Below, one piece after another: positions 18,888-29,696 of a stretch of 64,000 nucleotides of DNA. The notes under the pieces were generated by a model. It saw only the letters and a list, made by a program, of their open reading frames with translations, did not search any database and was not told where the DNA came from. A program made the translations under genes and the position numbers. The stretch is from a bacterium (lineage in GTDB: Bacteria > Patescibacteriota > Minisyncoccia > UBA6257 > JAGOQP01). Within the stretch, counting starts at the first letter, position 1. Each line of letters opens with the position of its first letter. The stretch lies in contig JAJXYJ010000022.1 of the NCBI GenBank assembly GCA_021780615.1, forward strand, positions 809 to 64,808, written 5' to 3'.

Positions 18888-21800
18888 TCCTGCTTACGCT
18901 CATTGCAGGACTTTTTATTTTTCGAGCCACAGTTGCCTACGGATATACCACCGACACTCATCAATTTCTTACTGAAACTTCGGCGCGATTGTATAACAAC
19001 ACGTATACAAATGAACAAATAAATCAAACACTCATCCCCTTTCTGCTGGATGGCGCCCGAAGGGAAGACGACGCTCCCCGATGGATGAATCATTTTTATG
19101 ACCCAATACACGAAACGGGACTTACTTATAACGCAGCTATAGATCCATGGATAAACGTGGGTAATTGGCAAAGTGCAAAGCTGTGGGCACAAGACTCCGC
19201 AAATCAAACGGGACTCAAATACACCCCCGCCATTGCAAGCATTTTATCGTTTTTTGAAACGGGAACTATACAAAAATTCCTCCCCACGTCCGATTTTACA
19301 TGGAATAAGGCACTCACCTACTGGGTGCAAGGCGACAAGGAAATGGCAATGTTTACATTAGGACACGTCATACATCTATTACAAGATGTATCAGTGCCAG
19401 ACCATACCAGAAACGATCCTCATCCAGGAGACAGCCCTTATGAAAATTACACGGCACAATTTACGCCCAATCATCCCGATGTAAATACATACGCAAATGC
19501 CCAACAAAAAGGAATTACAGCACTTGCAAATATAAACGATTATTTTAAAGGATTGGCAACATACTCAAATAATAATTTCTACAGCAAAGATACTATAGGA
19601 CTACAGAGTGGCTATTCCTTGCCACAACCGGATAGTTATTCAAAAAGTAATGGTGGCAGAGAATATGAGATTGGTACAAATTCTGATGGCGACTATAGGC
19701 TCGTAATGAGCTTATCAAATAAAGGAAGTTTAGTATTGGGAAACACAAAAGCACTGACTATAGATGATGCAGGCATACAAAACGACTACTGGAAACTTCT
19801 ATCAACGAAAGCTACACAATATAGCGCCGGCCTTATGCATGCATTCATACAAGAGGCATATGCAAAAGAAAAAGATCCATCGTTTGTTGTGCGTCCCGAA
19901 TCGTCATTTTTGGGACAAATTGTCTCCACCGCACAAAATGCTTTTAACCAAGTAAGCGGTTTTATACAGACAACAGTATTTGGAAAACCCGCATTCAGCA
20001 CTGTTCAAGAAATTCCACTTACGCAACAAGATAACACCTCATCGGGCGCATCTGACACCACATTAAGCACACCATATAACGCACCAACACAAACGCCCCG
20101 CCCATCATTCGCCCCATCTACAACACTCATTCCCACACCTTCTCCGATATCATTACCCAAAACATCCACAACACCCGTACCAATACCAAAGTCGACCACA
20201 ACACCAAAACCAAATCCAACACCAACCCCAAAACCAACAGCTACTCCAAAACCGAGCGCAACGCCAAAGCCAACCACAACACCAAGTATACAAGCAAATC
20301 AAGCAACTCCGTCATGTGCTCTTTCGTATGCATCACCGACGTGGGGACCCGTTATATTGAGCGAAGTGGCGTGGATGGGAACAGCCGCAAGTACCGCTGA
20401 TGAATGGATTGAACTCAAAAACATAGGAGCTGCATCGGTGACTCTATCCGGATGGACCATACGCAACGAAAGCGGCAGTGTCGCCATCAACCTGGGAGCG
20501 GGAACAACAAAAACCCTATCCCCCGGGGAGCACATGCTATTAGAAAGAACGGATGATACGACGTTGCCCAACATAAAAGCGGACATTATATATACCGGCG
20601 CACTGGCAAATAGCAATGAAAAACTTCAACTCTTTAACGCATCGTGCATGCTCCAAGACGCCGCATACGCATCACCACAATGGCCCGCAGGAAATGCTTC
20701 GGAAAAAAGGACGATGGAACGAAACGGGGCAACACATGGCTGGTATAGCTCAAGCGTTATCGGCGGGACACCTCATGCAAACAATTCAGCAATCCCCACT
20801 CCAACCCCAACTCCAACCCCCGCGCCATCAAATGGTGGAGGCGGTGGCGGAGGTGGAAATACAAATCAAACCCCAACACCAACACCAACACCAAATCCAA
20901 CCCCGACCCCAACTCCATCTGCGTCGCCAACTCCTGAACCATCACCAACTCCAACGCCCACCCCTACACCATCACCATCACCAACTCCAATAGTACTGAC
21001 ATCCGGCGATATACGTATAACCGAGATTATGTATAACACTTCCGACGCCGATGAAGGAAGGGAATGGATAGAAATATATAATGCATCTCTGCAAAATATT
21101 CCCACAGAAACAATCCGCATTAATGAAGGAGAATCCCACCATTATATACACACCGCAAACGATACAGATGGCATATTGCCCGCAGAAACATACATCGTTA
21201 TTGCCAACAATCCAGAAAAATTTATGGCAGACTATCCATTTTATACCGGACAACTTTTTAAAAGCGCATTTTCACTGAGCAACGAAGGAGAAATAATACA
21301 GATCACCAATCAAGATACCATTTTAGATGAGCTGTCCTACACCAAAGACCAAGGAGCAAATGGAAATGAGAAAACATTACAAAATATAGACGGCACATGG
21401 TATGAAGCAACTCCCTCGCCAGGACGAGCAAATAGCATTAACGACATAGTACATACCGACACAGCAACATCGTCAGAGATGCTCACCAAAGAACCCCAAC
21501 AAGTCCATATAACATATACTCCTGCGACCGTCAGTATAACCGCAACATGGGACTACGAGCCGCACACCTACGACACAGAAATTACCTACACCGTACATGA
21601 CATGACCGATCCCGCACACGATCAGATATTAACAACAACCACCGATATCGCCGCTACCATACCACTACGCAGTGTAGGTACGACTTATCGTATTGGTGTG
21701 CAGGCAACACAAGAAGGAAAAGATCCTTCGCCAATAACCCCGCATGAAATACAGGTTCCCAGTTTTGTAAAAAATATAGCCTTTTATGATGCGGCACATC

Positions 21801-22651
21801 CGACGGCAGACATATTTTTTGATCACTACCCATTCATACCCAATGGCATTCAGGAAGCCCTCGGAAAAAGACTGATGGTATTTTACTACAACACTGATGC
21901 AGTGCCGCAAACAATAATTGAAGGAAGTATTTTTAACACTGGCAGTGCATGGGGTCCTGAAGCAATGCACAACCTCACCGATGTTTCATATAATTTTTGC
22001 AGAAGCGGATACGGATCACAGCACACACTCATTATGGCAGACGATCTAAATACCTGTTTTGGCACGGTGACACCAGAAAGCATTGACACAAAAGAACTAC
22101 GAATATTTCCCGAAACAAGCGCTCCCGAAAATGGTTCATTTCTAACCGTTGCATTCTTTACACTCACCCAATCAAACATCTGGAGTGGTGGAACGGAAAC
22201 ATACACGTTGTTAGCTGTTGATAAAACACACTATCCATTTTTATCAACTATCACAAAAATCCCACCAACTAATCCTGACATCCTATCCGTCACAACAACA
22301 CCAATAATCAATGGTACCGGTGGACAACTTTCATTGCGTTGGAGAGTAGCAACTGATCCTGATGGATACAACAATCACATCCAATATAGTATTGCCTACC
22401 ACCTCACATCAGATGGGAGTGAACCTGTATGGCAAGACATATATTGCACTCCTTCAGATAATGAATGCACCAACACATCTCAATACATACCAACACCAGG
22501 AACCTATACCATACTTTTACGCGCCCAAGATGAACAGGGAAAATATTCTGATGTTATAGAAGCAACCACCATCGTCCAAGACGATACACTAGTCGGCATC
22601 AATAGAAAAAACATTGCTATAACTATATGTGCACAGCATCAATATGTATAA
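18866..22651 (+). CDS. large secreted protein: Zn-dependent phospholipase C/S1-P1-like domain, Pro/Thr linkers, two lamin-tail domains, FN3-like domains
   Basis: Signal peptide; THQFLT, EDD...[22 protein letters not shown]; LTD motifs [10 protein letters not shown]...DEWIELKN and IRITEIMYN...EWIEIYN. Confidence 0.8.
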   Translation: MENRKYVVLLTLIAGLFIFRATVAYGYTTDTHQFLTETSARLYNNTYTNEQINQTLIPFLLDGARREDDAPRWMNHFYDPIHETGLTYNAAIDPWINVGNWQSAKLWAQDSANQTGLKYTPAIASILSFFETGTIQKFLPTSDFTWNKALTYWVQGDKEMAMFTLGHVIHLLQDVSVPDHTRNDPHPGDSPYENYTAQFTPNHPDVNTYANAQQKGITALANINDYFKGLATYSNNNFYSKDTIGLQSGYSLPQPDSYSKSNGGREYEIGTNSDGDYRLVMSLSNKGSLVLGNTKALTIDDAGIQNDYWKLLSTKATQYSAGLMHAFIQEAYAKEKDPSFVVRPESSFLGQIVSTAQNAFNQVSGFIQTTVFGKPAFSTVQEIPLTQQDNTSSGASDTTLSTPYNAPTQTPRPSFAPSTTLIPTPSPISLPKTSTTPVPIPKSTTTPKPNPTPTPKPTATPKPSATPKPTTTPSIQANQATPSCALSYASPTWGPVILSEVAWMGTAASTADEWIELKNIGAASVTLSGWTIRNESGSVAINLGAGTTKTLSPGEHMLLERTDDTTLPNIKADIIYTGALANSNEKLQLFNASCMLQDAAYASPQWPAGNASEKRTMERNGATHGWYSSSVIGGTPHANNSAIPTPTPTPTPAPSNGGGGGGGGNTNQTPTPTPTPNPTPTPTPSASPTPEPSPTPTPTPTPSPSPTPIVLTSGDIRITEIMYNTSDADEGREWIEIYNASLQNIPTETIRINEGESHHYIHTANDTDGILPAETYIVIANNPEKFMADYPFYTGQLFKSAFSLSNEGEIIQITNQDTILDELSYTKDQGANGNEKTLQNIDGTWYEATPSPGRANSINDIVHTDTATSSEMLTKEPQQVHITYTPATVSITATWDYEPHTYDTEITYTVHDMTDPAHDQILTTTTDIAATIPLRSVGTTYRIGVQATQEGKDPSPITPHEIQVPSFVKNIAFYDAAHPTADIFFDHYPFIPNGIQEALGKRLMVFYYNTDAVPQTIIEGSIFNTGSAWGPEAMHNLTDVSYNFCRSGYGSQHTLIMADDLNTCFGTVTPESIDTKELRIFPETSAPENGSFLTVAFFTLTQSNIWSGGTETYTLLAVDKTHYPFLSTITKIPPTNPDILSVTTTPIINGTGGQLSLRWRVATDPDGYNNHIQYSIAYHLTSDGSEPVWQDIYCTPSDNECTNTSQYIPTPGTYTILLRAQDEQGKYSDVIEATTIVQDDTLVGINRKNIAITICAQHQYV

Positions 22652-23049
22652 AAAAGAGGCGACCTAAGGATCAATCAACGCTCGAAATTCTCACACTTCT
22701 TGCCGTGGCCCCTCGTCACACCCTCGAAAGTGAGACAATATTCTCCAAAAGTCATTACGGGATATGTGCACAGCTCCTCCATGTTGATTCGCGCGAAACA
22801 CACCTCGAACAAATTCTGAGGACACGGGAGTACAAAATAAAAGAAAGATTTTTCCGCATTGTCTATAAACTTCGCCAAGAAGGCATGATTGAAGCATATA
22901 ATCCGCACTCCCGAACAAGCATAACACTTACTCGAAAAGGATGTCGCTTCGTACAAAAAACGGTATCAAAAGAAGTATTTGAAAAGATGAAGGATGTCAT
23001 TGGGGTTAAGAAAATACCCTTGTCTTGCTACTCCATAAGCAATATATAA
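22627..23049 (+). CDS. winged-helix protein resembling the PaaX-like N-terminus, lacking the FDIPE domain (possibly truncated)
   Basis: [16 protein letters not shown]...ITLTRKG resembles the N-half of 56369-56950. Confidence 0.45.
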   Translation: MCTASICIKKRRPKDQSTLEILTLLAVAPRHTLESETIFSKSHYGICAQLLHVDSRETHLEQILRTREYKIKERFFRIVYKLRQEGMIEAYNPHSRTSITLTRKGCRFVQKTVSKEVFEKMKDVIGVKKIPLSCYSISNI

Positions 23050-23390
23050 AAAATAGAAAAAGAAAATCAAAAAAGAAAAAAATAAAAAAGAGGAATAAAA
23101 ACAGACACAATCTATTTTCTATTCAAAGGAAAAATGAAGCACGCACAAAAATAAATACTGATACTTTTCTTATCACATTGTTCCTTATAATTATAATTAC
23201 TCCCTTTGAAAAAGTTGTGGAGATTTATAGAATTTCTACGTGTATCTAGAAATGTAAGATGAAGTTTAAAGGTAAGATAAAAATTTGGGATATACATCTC
23301 ACACAATCAACGGATATAAAAAAACGTCCACTATACCATAAGATAAGGCGCCCACAGTAGACTACACGATAGCGCAAACAGCGCTCCGTA

Positions 23391-24416
23391 TTACGCTACG
23401 GGAGGAACAGGATCTTGCAGAGAACCTGAAGCAAAAAATGAAGTAATGTTAGCACTATCACCATCTAAAATACGCTGACGCGCTTCTTTTGTATCAAACG
23501 CCATGTGAGGCGTGACGATAACATTAGGCATATCCATAAGCACATGATTTGCCAACATCGCCCGAAGGTCGTGCGTAGCCGCATCCGGATGCATCACATA
23601 CGCCGCTTCATTTTGAGCAATATTTTCTTCTTCAATAACATCCAACGCCGCACCGGCAATTGTATTATTTTTTAAACCGGCGACAAGTGCTTCGGTATCA
23701 ATAAGAGCTCCTCGGGCAGTATTGATGACATACATGCCTTTCTTCATTTTTGCTATCGCATCGGCATTAATAATGTGATGTGTTTCGGGGGCATAGAAAA
23801 GATGCAAAGAAATAATATCCGATTGTGCCAACACCTCATCAAATGCCTTGTAGCCAAACCCCAACTGAGAGGCAAGTTCAGGGCGCGGAAAACGATCATA
23901 CGCAATCACCTGCATCCCAAATCCCTTGGCAATACCAATGAGGCACTGCCCAATGTGTCCGGCACCAATAACCCCCAACGTTTTTCCTTTAAGATCAAAT
24001 CCCTCCAAACCATCATATGAAAATTGATTTGTTTCTTTAATGCGGTCAGCGGCGGCAAATAATTTACGCGAAAGAGTAAGCATGAGCCCCATAGCAAATT
24101 CGGCAACGGTGTTTTCGCCGTAGTGTGACACATACCCAACTGCAATACCCTTACTGCGGGCATAGGCAACATCGATGTGATCAAACCCCGTTGAGCGAGT
24201 TGTAATAAGTTTCAGGTGAGGAAATGCATCAATAACATCCTTGGTCACATGCGAACTCACAAAAACCGAAAGAGCATCAACGTCTCGCACCTTGGGAAGA
24301 TGTTGGCTATCAAGTGCATACGGATAACAGGTAACCGTATGCCCCACGGCCGTGAGTGCGGCGGTTTGATATTGTTCTTCTTGAACATCACGAGAAAAAA
24401 GAGCGATGGATGCCAT
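23391..24416 (-). CDS. D-isomer-specific 2-hydroxyacid dehydrogenase (D-lactate dehydrogenase-like)
   Basis: TRSTGFDHID, GVIGAGHIG, INTARGALID, AALDVIEEE, TPHMAF. Start moved to 24416. Confidence 0.9.
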   Translation of the reverse strand: MASIALFSRDVQEEQYQTAALTAVGHTVTCYPYALDSQHLPKVRDVDALSVFVSSHVTKDVIDAFPHLKLITTRSTGFDHIDVAYARSKGIAVGYVSHYGENTVAEFAMGLMLTLSRKLFAAADRIKETNQFSYDGLEGFDLKGKTLGVIGAGHIGQCLIGIAKGFGMQVIAYDRFPRPELASQLGFGYKAFDEVLAQSDIISLHLFYAPETHHIINADAIAKMKKGMYVINTARGALIDTEALVAGLKNNTIAGAALDVIEEENIAQNEAAYVMHPDAATHDLRAMLANHVLMDMPNVIVTPHMAFDTKEARQRILDGDSANITSFFASGSLQDPVPPVA

Positions 24417-24432
24417 ATCAATAATGAATAAC

Positions 24433-25017
24433 TTATCGACTTGCTTTAATAATGTCATCAATGACACCGTATTCCTTCGCTTCGGCGGCAGAGAGATAAA
24501 AGTCACGATCGGTATCCTTTTCAATACGAGGAAGCGTCTGGCCGGTATGCTTCACTAAAATCTGGTTGAGACGATCTTTGATTTTGAGGATATGCTTTGC
24601 GGTAATTTCAATTTCCACTGCCTGCCCCTCGGCACCACCCATAACCTGGTGAAGCATAATTTCAGAATTAGGAAGAGCAAATCGTTTCCCCTTTTTACCT
24701 GCGGACAAAAGAATCGCTCCCATGGAAGCCGCCATGCCAACGCAGATAGTGGAGACATCAGGCTTGATGTGCTGCATAGTATCATAAATAGCCAATCCCG
24801 CCGTCACTGAACCACCCGGGCTATTAATATACATTTGAATATCTTTTTTGGGATCTTCGTGATTAAGAAATAGAAGTTGGGCAATAATAGAATTTGCCAC
24901 CTCATCAACGATGGGACCGCCAATAAAAACAATACGTTCTTTCAAAAGTCGAGAGTAGATATCATACGCCCGCTCTCCAAATTGAGATTTATCTATCACC
25001 ATTGGTACTAAATTCAT
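24433..25017 (-). CDS. clpP: ATP-dependent Clp protease proteolytic subunit
   Basis: [38 protein letters not shown]. Confidence 0.97.
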   Translation of the reverse strand: MNLVPMVIDKSQFGERAYDIYSRLLKERIVFIGGPIVDEVANSIIAQLLFLNHEDPKKDIQMYINSPGGSVTAGLAIYDTMQHIKPDVSTICVGMAASMGAILLSAGKKGKRFALPNSEIMLHQVMGGAEGQAVEIEITAKHILKIKDRLNQILVKHTGQTLPRIEKDTDRDFYLSAAEAKEYGVIDDIIKASR

Positions 25018-25116
25018 ATATGTAATAAGTATAAAGGATAAAAGAAAAAGTGAAAAGAAGGTACAAAGAATACTTAAGCGACTGCTGAACCGCATCTACT
25101 ACAGTCGTTAGTACAA

Positions 25117-26337
25117 CTACTCATTTTCTCCACCTTCCTTGGATGCCTCCTGAACGGTATCGTCAGAAACTACTTCAACGATACCACCTTCTTGCACTTT
25201 TTCAGGGTTCGCCTGAGAACGCACATCTATTTTAAAGTGAGTGAGCTTTGCCGCTAAACGTACATTTTGCCCACCTTTACCAATTGCCAAACTGAGCTGA
25301 TCGTCGGGCACCAACACACGCGCTTCGCGGGGACCAGTAACCTCAACTGACGTTGCTTGTGCCGGCGATAGGGCCGCTGCAATAAATTTTTCGGCGTCCT
25401 CAGACCAATCAATAATATCTATTTTTTCATTGCCTAGCTCACTATTGACCGCCATGACTCGTGATCCACGCTGGCCAACGCACGCTCCCACCGGATCAAC
25501 ACTTTCCACCGTTGAAGCGACCGCAACTTTCGTACGACTCCCCGCTTCCCGCACAATATTTTTAATCTGCACGACACCATCGGCAACTTCAGGAACTTCT
25601 AACTCAAAAAGTTTTGCGACAAAACGCGGATGCGAACGAGAAAGAATGAGGTTCGGACCTTTCATATTTTCCTGCACGGTAATAAGAAAGAATTTAAGCC
25701 GCTCACCGGTACGGTAATGTTCCCCAGGAATCGCCTCGGAATAAAACATGACGCCCGCCGCCTTTCCCAAATCAACAAAAACATTTCCACGTTCCACACG
25801 TTGTACGACGCCGTTAACCAATGACCCAATTTTACTTTCAAATTCTTTTTTTACAGAATCTTTTTCTATCTCACGCAACTTCTGTAACACAACCTGCTTC
25901 GCAGTCTGCGCCGCAATGCGTCCAAAATCAGAAGAGGGCTGTTCCACATCAAAGACGAGTTCATCGCCAACCATCGCGTCGGCTTTTATCTGCCGTGCAT
26001 CTTCTAACATAATATGCCGTTCGGAGGAAAAGAGCGGCAACACCGATTCGCCATCACTATCCGCCAACAAAGATTCAAGATGGGTATTTTGACCATCTTC
26101 CCCTTCAACGGGCAGTCGCACCGTCGTTAAATCAGTTACTGTTTTGACCTGATAAAATACCGTGGTGCCATCTTTATTATTGAGACGGCAACGAATAATT
26201 TCGCCGCGCTTGTTATATTCTTTTTTATACGCTGATGCGAGTGCAGCCTCAATCGCTTCGATAATCTGATCAGCCTGCATATCCTTTTCAGCTGCCAACT
26301 GCTCGATCGCTTTATGTAATGTTTTGATATCCAACAT
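25117..26337 (-). CDS. nusA: transcription termination/antitermination factor NusA
   Basis: FGRIAAQTAKQV, REAGSRTKVAV, DPVGACVGQRGSR, LSLAIGKGGQNVRLA. Confidence 0.97.
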   Translation of the reverse strand: MLDIKTLHKAIEQLAAEKDMQADQIIEAIEAALASAYKKEYNKRGEIIRCRLNNKDGTTVFYQVKTVTDLTTVRLPVEGEDGQNTHLESLLADSDGESVLPLFSSERHIMLEDARQIKADAMVGDELVFDVEQPSSDFGRIAAQTAKQVVLQKLREIEKDSVKKEFESKIGSLVNGVVQRVERGNVFVDLGKAAGVMFYSEAIPGEHYRTGERLKFFLITVQENMKGPNLILSRSHPRFVAKLFELEVPEVADGVVQIKNIVREAGSRTKVAVASTVESVDPVGACVGQRGSRVMAVNSELGNEKIDIIDWSEDAEKFIAAALSPAQATSVEVTGPREARVLVPDDQLSLAIGKGGQNVRLAAKLTHFKIDVRSQANPEKVQEGGIVEVVSDDTVQEASKEGGENE

Positions 26338-26377
26338 ACCTCTCTATTCTATTATTATATAATGATACTCTTAACAA

Positions 26378-26441
26378 TACATCCGCTTCGAGGCGGATGT
26401 AACTGATAAAAAAAGTGTATACCTTTTTTATAAAAAGTCAA
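26378..26441 (-). promoter_or_regulatory. nusA promoter and leader hairpin
   Basis: Minus strand TTGACT-16 nt-TACACT, then hairpin TACATCCGC-ctcgaa-GCGGATGTA followed by TTGTT. Confidence 0.55.
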
Positions 26442-26532
26442 CGCACGCAAAACAATACCCACCAGAAAAAAAGAAGTAAAAACGCCCACGCTTACCATGA
26501 GTTAGTACCTCAAAAACTCCCCACATTCGCTT

Positions 26533-27219
26533 CTATGAGCTATGGTTTTTAAGCGTGTTAATCAATGAAGCGGCATAGTCCTTGCCACCCAATCCAAAAG
26601 CAATACCTCCGGCCAATGCAATCATGGCAATAATACCGGTTACCATAGTTTGAATAAGTTGTGCGGCAATACCCAATTGCAACAAGGCCGCCAAGAAACC
26701 AAAGACAACCGTCGCCCACCAGGTAAGTGCTCCTAGAAACTTAGATGCATGCAATTTTGCACTTTTAATAGAGCCGCCCACCAACGTCCGCAGAAAATTA
26801 GCAACAATAACTGCGACTAAAACAATAAGAACTGCCACAATGATGTTGGGAAAATATAACAACACCGATCCCAAAAAACTAGACAAACCCCATAAACCCA
26901 AAATATCCGAGGCGGCAAGCACAATAACAATCACAAAAAACCAATAGACTAATCCCCCGACAAATCGACCGCTATCCAACTGAAATCCCCCGCGATGCAA
27001 AAAATCCTCCACATGTACCTTTCGCAACAGCGCATCAATTTTAAGCGCAGAAATAATTTTTGCAAAAATACTTCGCAAGACAGAGGCAATAAGCACCCCC
27101 ACAATAAGCACGATAAGCGCGGCAATGAGCGAGGGAAGAAAACCAATAATCACCCCCCAGGTATTTTGAAACGATTGAGTGATGAGGTCCGTCCACGTAT
27201 ATGCGTTTGATGTATACAT
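26533..27219 (-). CDS. TM-helix repeat membrane protein (CmpX/MscS-associated type)
   Basis: Repeated FLPSLIAALIVL / YFPNIIVAVLIV; GIAFGLGGKD. Confidence 0.8.
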   Translation of the reverse strand: MYTSNAYTWTDLITQSFQNTWGVIIGFLPSLIAALIVLIVGVLIASVLRSIFAKIISALKIDALLRKVHVEDFLHRGGFQLDSGRFVGGLVYWFFVIVIVLAASDILGLWGLSSFLGSVLLYFPNIIVAVLIVLVAVIVANFLRTLVGGSIKSAKLHASKFLGALTWWATVVFGFLAALLQLGIAAQLIQTMVTGIIAMIALAGGIAFGLGGKDYAASLINTLKNHSS

Positions 27220-27403
27220 ATTAATAGTAAAAATGAAGTTAATTATTAGTAGCAATAATGAACAGTAGCACAATGAATTTTCCAATGGAGACAACGGTAC
27301 ATATGCCCCACTGGCGGCCTTTCGTATATATACAAGTATACCTCATATATACAAAAATAAATATCCACTGTATACACTCACATAAATACGATATACTATA
27401 CGC

Positions 27404-27769
27404 ATGTCTCTTATAAACCGCATCATTACTCACTTCGTCGCCAATGTGCTTGCTCTCATTGGAGCGGTGTACTGGATTCCGGGCATTGCAGTTAGTGGAT
27501 CGTGGGTTGCCTACGCGAAGATAGCCCTCGTCCTCACTGTTCTCAATATGACCATCAAACCGATTCTCAAGCTCATCCTGAGCCCCTTTATTTTTATCAC
27601 GCTGGGATTAGGAATTATTGTCGTAAATGCTCTCGTCTTATACGTACTTGATATACTCATGAATGAATTGACCATAACTGGACTTTATCCGCTCGTCTAT
27701 GCTACCCTTCTTATCAGTGTGGTAAATGTCGTTATTGTAGCGATAACACGCCGAAAAACAACGTCATAA
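27404..27769 (+). CDS. four-TM membrane protein (YvlD/holin-4-2-like)
   Basis: NMTIKPILKLILSPFIFITLGL...VVNAL pattern. Confidence 0.8.
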   Translation: MSLINRIITHFVANVLALIGAVYWIPGIAVSGSWVAYAKIALVLTVLNMTIKPILKLILSPFIFITLGLGIIVVNALVLYVLDILMNELTITGLYPLVYATLLISVVNVVIVAITRRKTTS

Positions 27770-27798
27770 ACGGCACACGCTTTTTATCTACAACATCT

Positions 27799-28026
27799 AT
27801 GGATATAAAAACTATCATTTCCGCGCTTCAACTCCTTGTGGCTGGAGCCCTCGTTGTTCTTGTGGTCATTCAAGATAGTGGCTCAGGCATGGGTGAAGCG
27901 ATTGGTGGAGGATCACAAGGATTTTCCCAACAACGTCGAGGTCTTGCTAAAGGCATGTTTGTGGCGACCATCGTTGGCCTCGCCCTCTTTATTGCAACGT
28001 CTTTGGCAAACTTACTTATCAAATAG
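27799..28026 (+). CDS. secG: preprotein translocase subunit SecG
   Basis: Two TMs with IQ-x-GSGMGEAIGG...RRG loop. Confidence 0.85.
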   Translation: MDIKTIISALQLLVAGALVVLVVIQDSGSGMGEAIGGGSQGFSQQRRGLAKGMFVATIVGLALFIATSLANLLIK

Positions 28027-28037
28027 CATAGTAACAC

Positions 28038-29696
28038 ATGATCACATCGATCATACAAACGTTCTCGCGCAGGGAGCGGGTATGGGCTATTATTGCCCTC
28101 ATTGCGGCATGTATATCAGGCGCCTATATTTTTGTGGCATTCATTAATAAGGTAACGTATCTGGCGCCGGCAACAGGAGGGATATACACCGAAGGGATTG
28201 TCGGACAGGTGGCGTTCGTTAACCCCGTCTTGGCAAGTGATGGTACCCCAGATGAAGACGTGGTATCTCTCACTTTTGCCAACATGCTTGATTTGGCAGA
28301 AAGCATAAAGCCCAGTAATAATTTTCAAACATGGAACGTTCGTCTCAAAGCGGGAGCCACATGGCAAGACGGCACTCCCCTGACCAGCGATGATGTTATT
28401 TTTACCGTACAAACAATAAAAAATCCCGATACCGGATCTCCCCTCGCACACGATTGGCAAAATATTACGCCGGTGTATGTGAGCGCCCGAGAGGTTCAGT
28501 TTCAACTCACCAGCCCCTATGCCCCTTTTGAAAATCTCTTGCGTCAACTCCGCCCTATTCCCAAAAAACTATTTGCCACCATCGCACCGGCAAACATAAA
28601 GCTCTCAGCCTACAACTTGCAACCCATTGGCAGTGGTCCTTTTAAATACAAAGAACTCAGTAAAAAAAGCAACGGATTTATCACGTCTTACACGCTTGTC
28701 CGTAATAACCAGTATCAACATATCGGCCCAAAGCCATACATAGACGGTATTACCATTCACTTCTTTGAAAACGACATTGATTTACTTAATGCATTTAACA
28801 TGGGGATTATTGATGGATTCGGCACCACCAACCCGCTCATAACCGATGGCATCGACATTAATGCCACCATTCACGACATTCCCATGATGAAGTATTACGC
28901 CGTATTCTTTAATCAAAATGCCGATCCCGTTCTTGCCGACAGCGCTGTCCGAGAAGCATTAAATGTTGCCATAGATCGCAACGCACTCATTACTAATGTG
29001 TTTAAAGGGAAGGCAACTCCAGAACAGGGCCCTATCCCCCTCATGGAAAATAGTACATCCACAACATCATCAAGCACTTCTCAACAAAGCCCATCAACAC
29101 AAGCGCAACAAATTCTCACTGCTGACGGATGGACACAGGGAGCCAGTGGATGGCAGAAAACAGGTAAAAATGGCACCCAACAAATTCTCCCGACACTCAC
29201 CGTTCCCAATGTACCCATCCTTACGAATCTCGCTCACGAATTACAGAACCAATGGAAAGCGGCAGGAATATCAATTTCTCTGCAAATTGTTGACCCTGCA
29301 ACACTACAAAGCACTATTATTCAAACGAGGAATTATAGCATGCTCCTCTTTGGCAATGTTCTTCTCCCCGATCCTGATTTGTTTAATTTTTGGGCATCAA
29401 CACAAAGCTACTATCCCGGTCTCAATTTGTCCCTCTACAGCAATACTACTGTTGATAATCTCATTCAATCACTCAAACAAATTCCTTCACCCAGTGATGC
29501 GCGCACCCAGGCATTACAAACCCTCAATAACACCATCACCGCCGACCTTCCCGCATTATTTTTAGTTTCCCCACAATATATCTACGTCACTCGGACCAAT
29601 GTACAGGATATTTCTATCCCTACCATTTCACTCCCCGAAGATCGTTTTAACAACGTCACATCCTGGTACTTACGTACCAGCCGCGTATTTAAATGA
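28038..29696 (+). CDS. ABC transporter substrate-binding protein, family 5
   Basis: WQDGTPLTSDDVIFT, PIGSGPFK, VREALNVAIDR. Confidence 0.9.
   Translation: MITSIIQTFSRRERVWAIIALIAACISGAYIFVAFINKVTYLAPATGGIYTEGIVGQVAFVNPVLASDGTPDEDVVSLTFANMLDLAESIKPSNNFQTWNVRLKAGATWQDGTPLTSDDVIFTVQTIKNPDTGSPLAHDWQNITPVYVSAREVQFQLTSPYAPFENLLRQLRPIPKKLFATIAPANIKLSAYNLQPIGSGPFKYKELSKKSNGFITSYTLVRNNQYQHIGPKPYIDGITIHFFENDIDLLNAFNMGIIDGFGTTNPLITDGIDINATIHDIPMMKYYAVFFNQNADPVLADSAVREALNVAIDRNALITNVFKGKATPEQGPIPLMENSTSTTSSSTSQQSPSTQAQQILTADGWTQGASGWQKTGKNGTQQILPTLTVPNVPILTNLAHELQNQWKAAGISISLQIVDPATLQSTIIQTRNYSMLLFGNVLLPDPDLFNFWASTQSYYPGLNLSLYSNTTVDNLIQSLKQIPSPSDARTQALQTLNNTITADLPALFLVSPQYIYVTRTNVQDISIPTISLPEDRFNNVTSWYLRTSRVFK

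Noticed and set aside
20090-20990. DNA repeats CCAACACCA and antisense Gly/Val-rich ORFs
   Set aside because: Explained by Pro-Thr linkers with synonymous variation; the antisense ORFs are shadows.
23231-23253. AATTTCTAC resembling a Cas12a repeat
   Set aside because: Single copy without the GTAGAT stem partner or an array.
27404-27769. Prophage lysis gene
   Set aside because: This holin-like family is commonly chromosomal, and here it sits beside secG with no endolysin.
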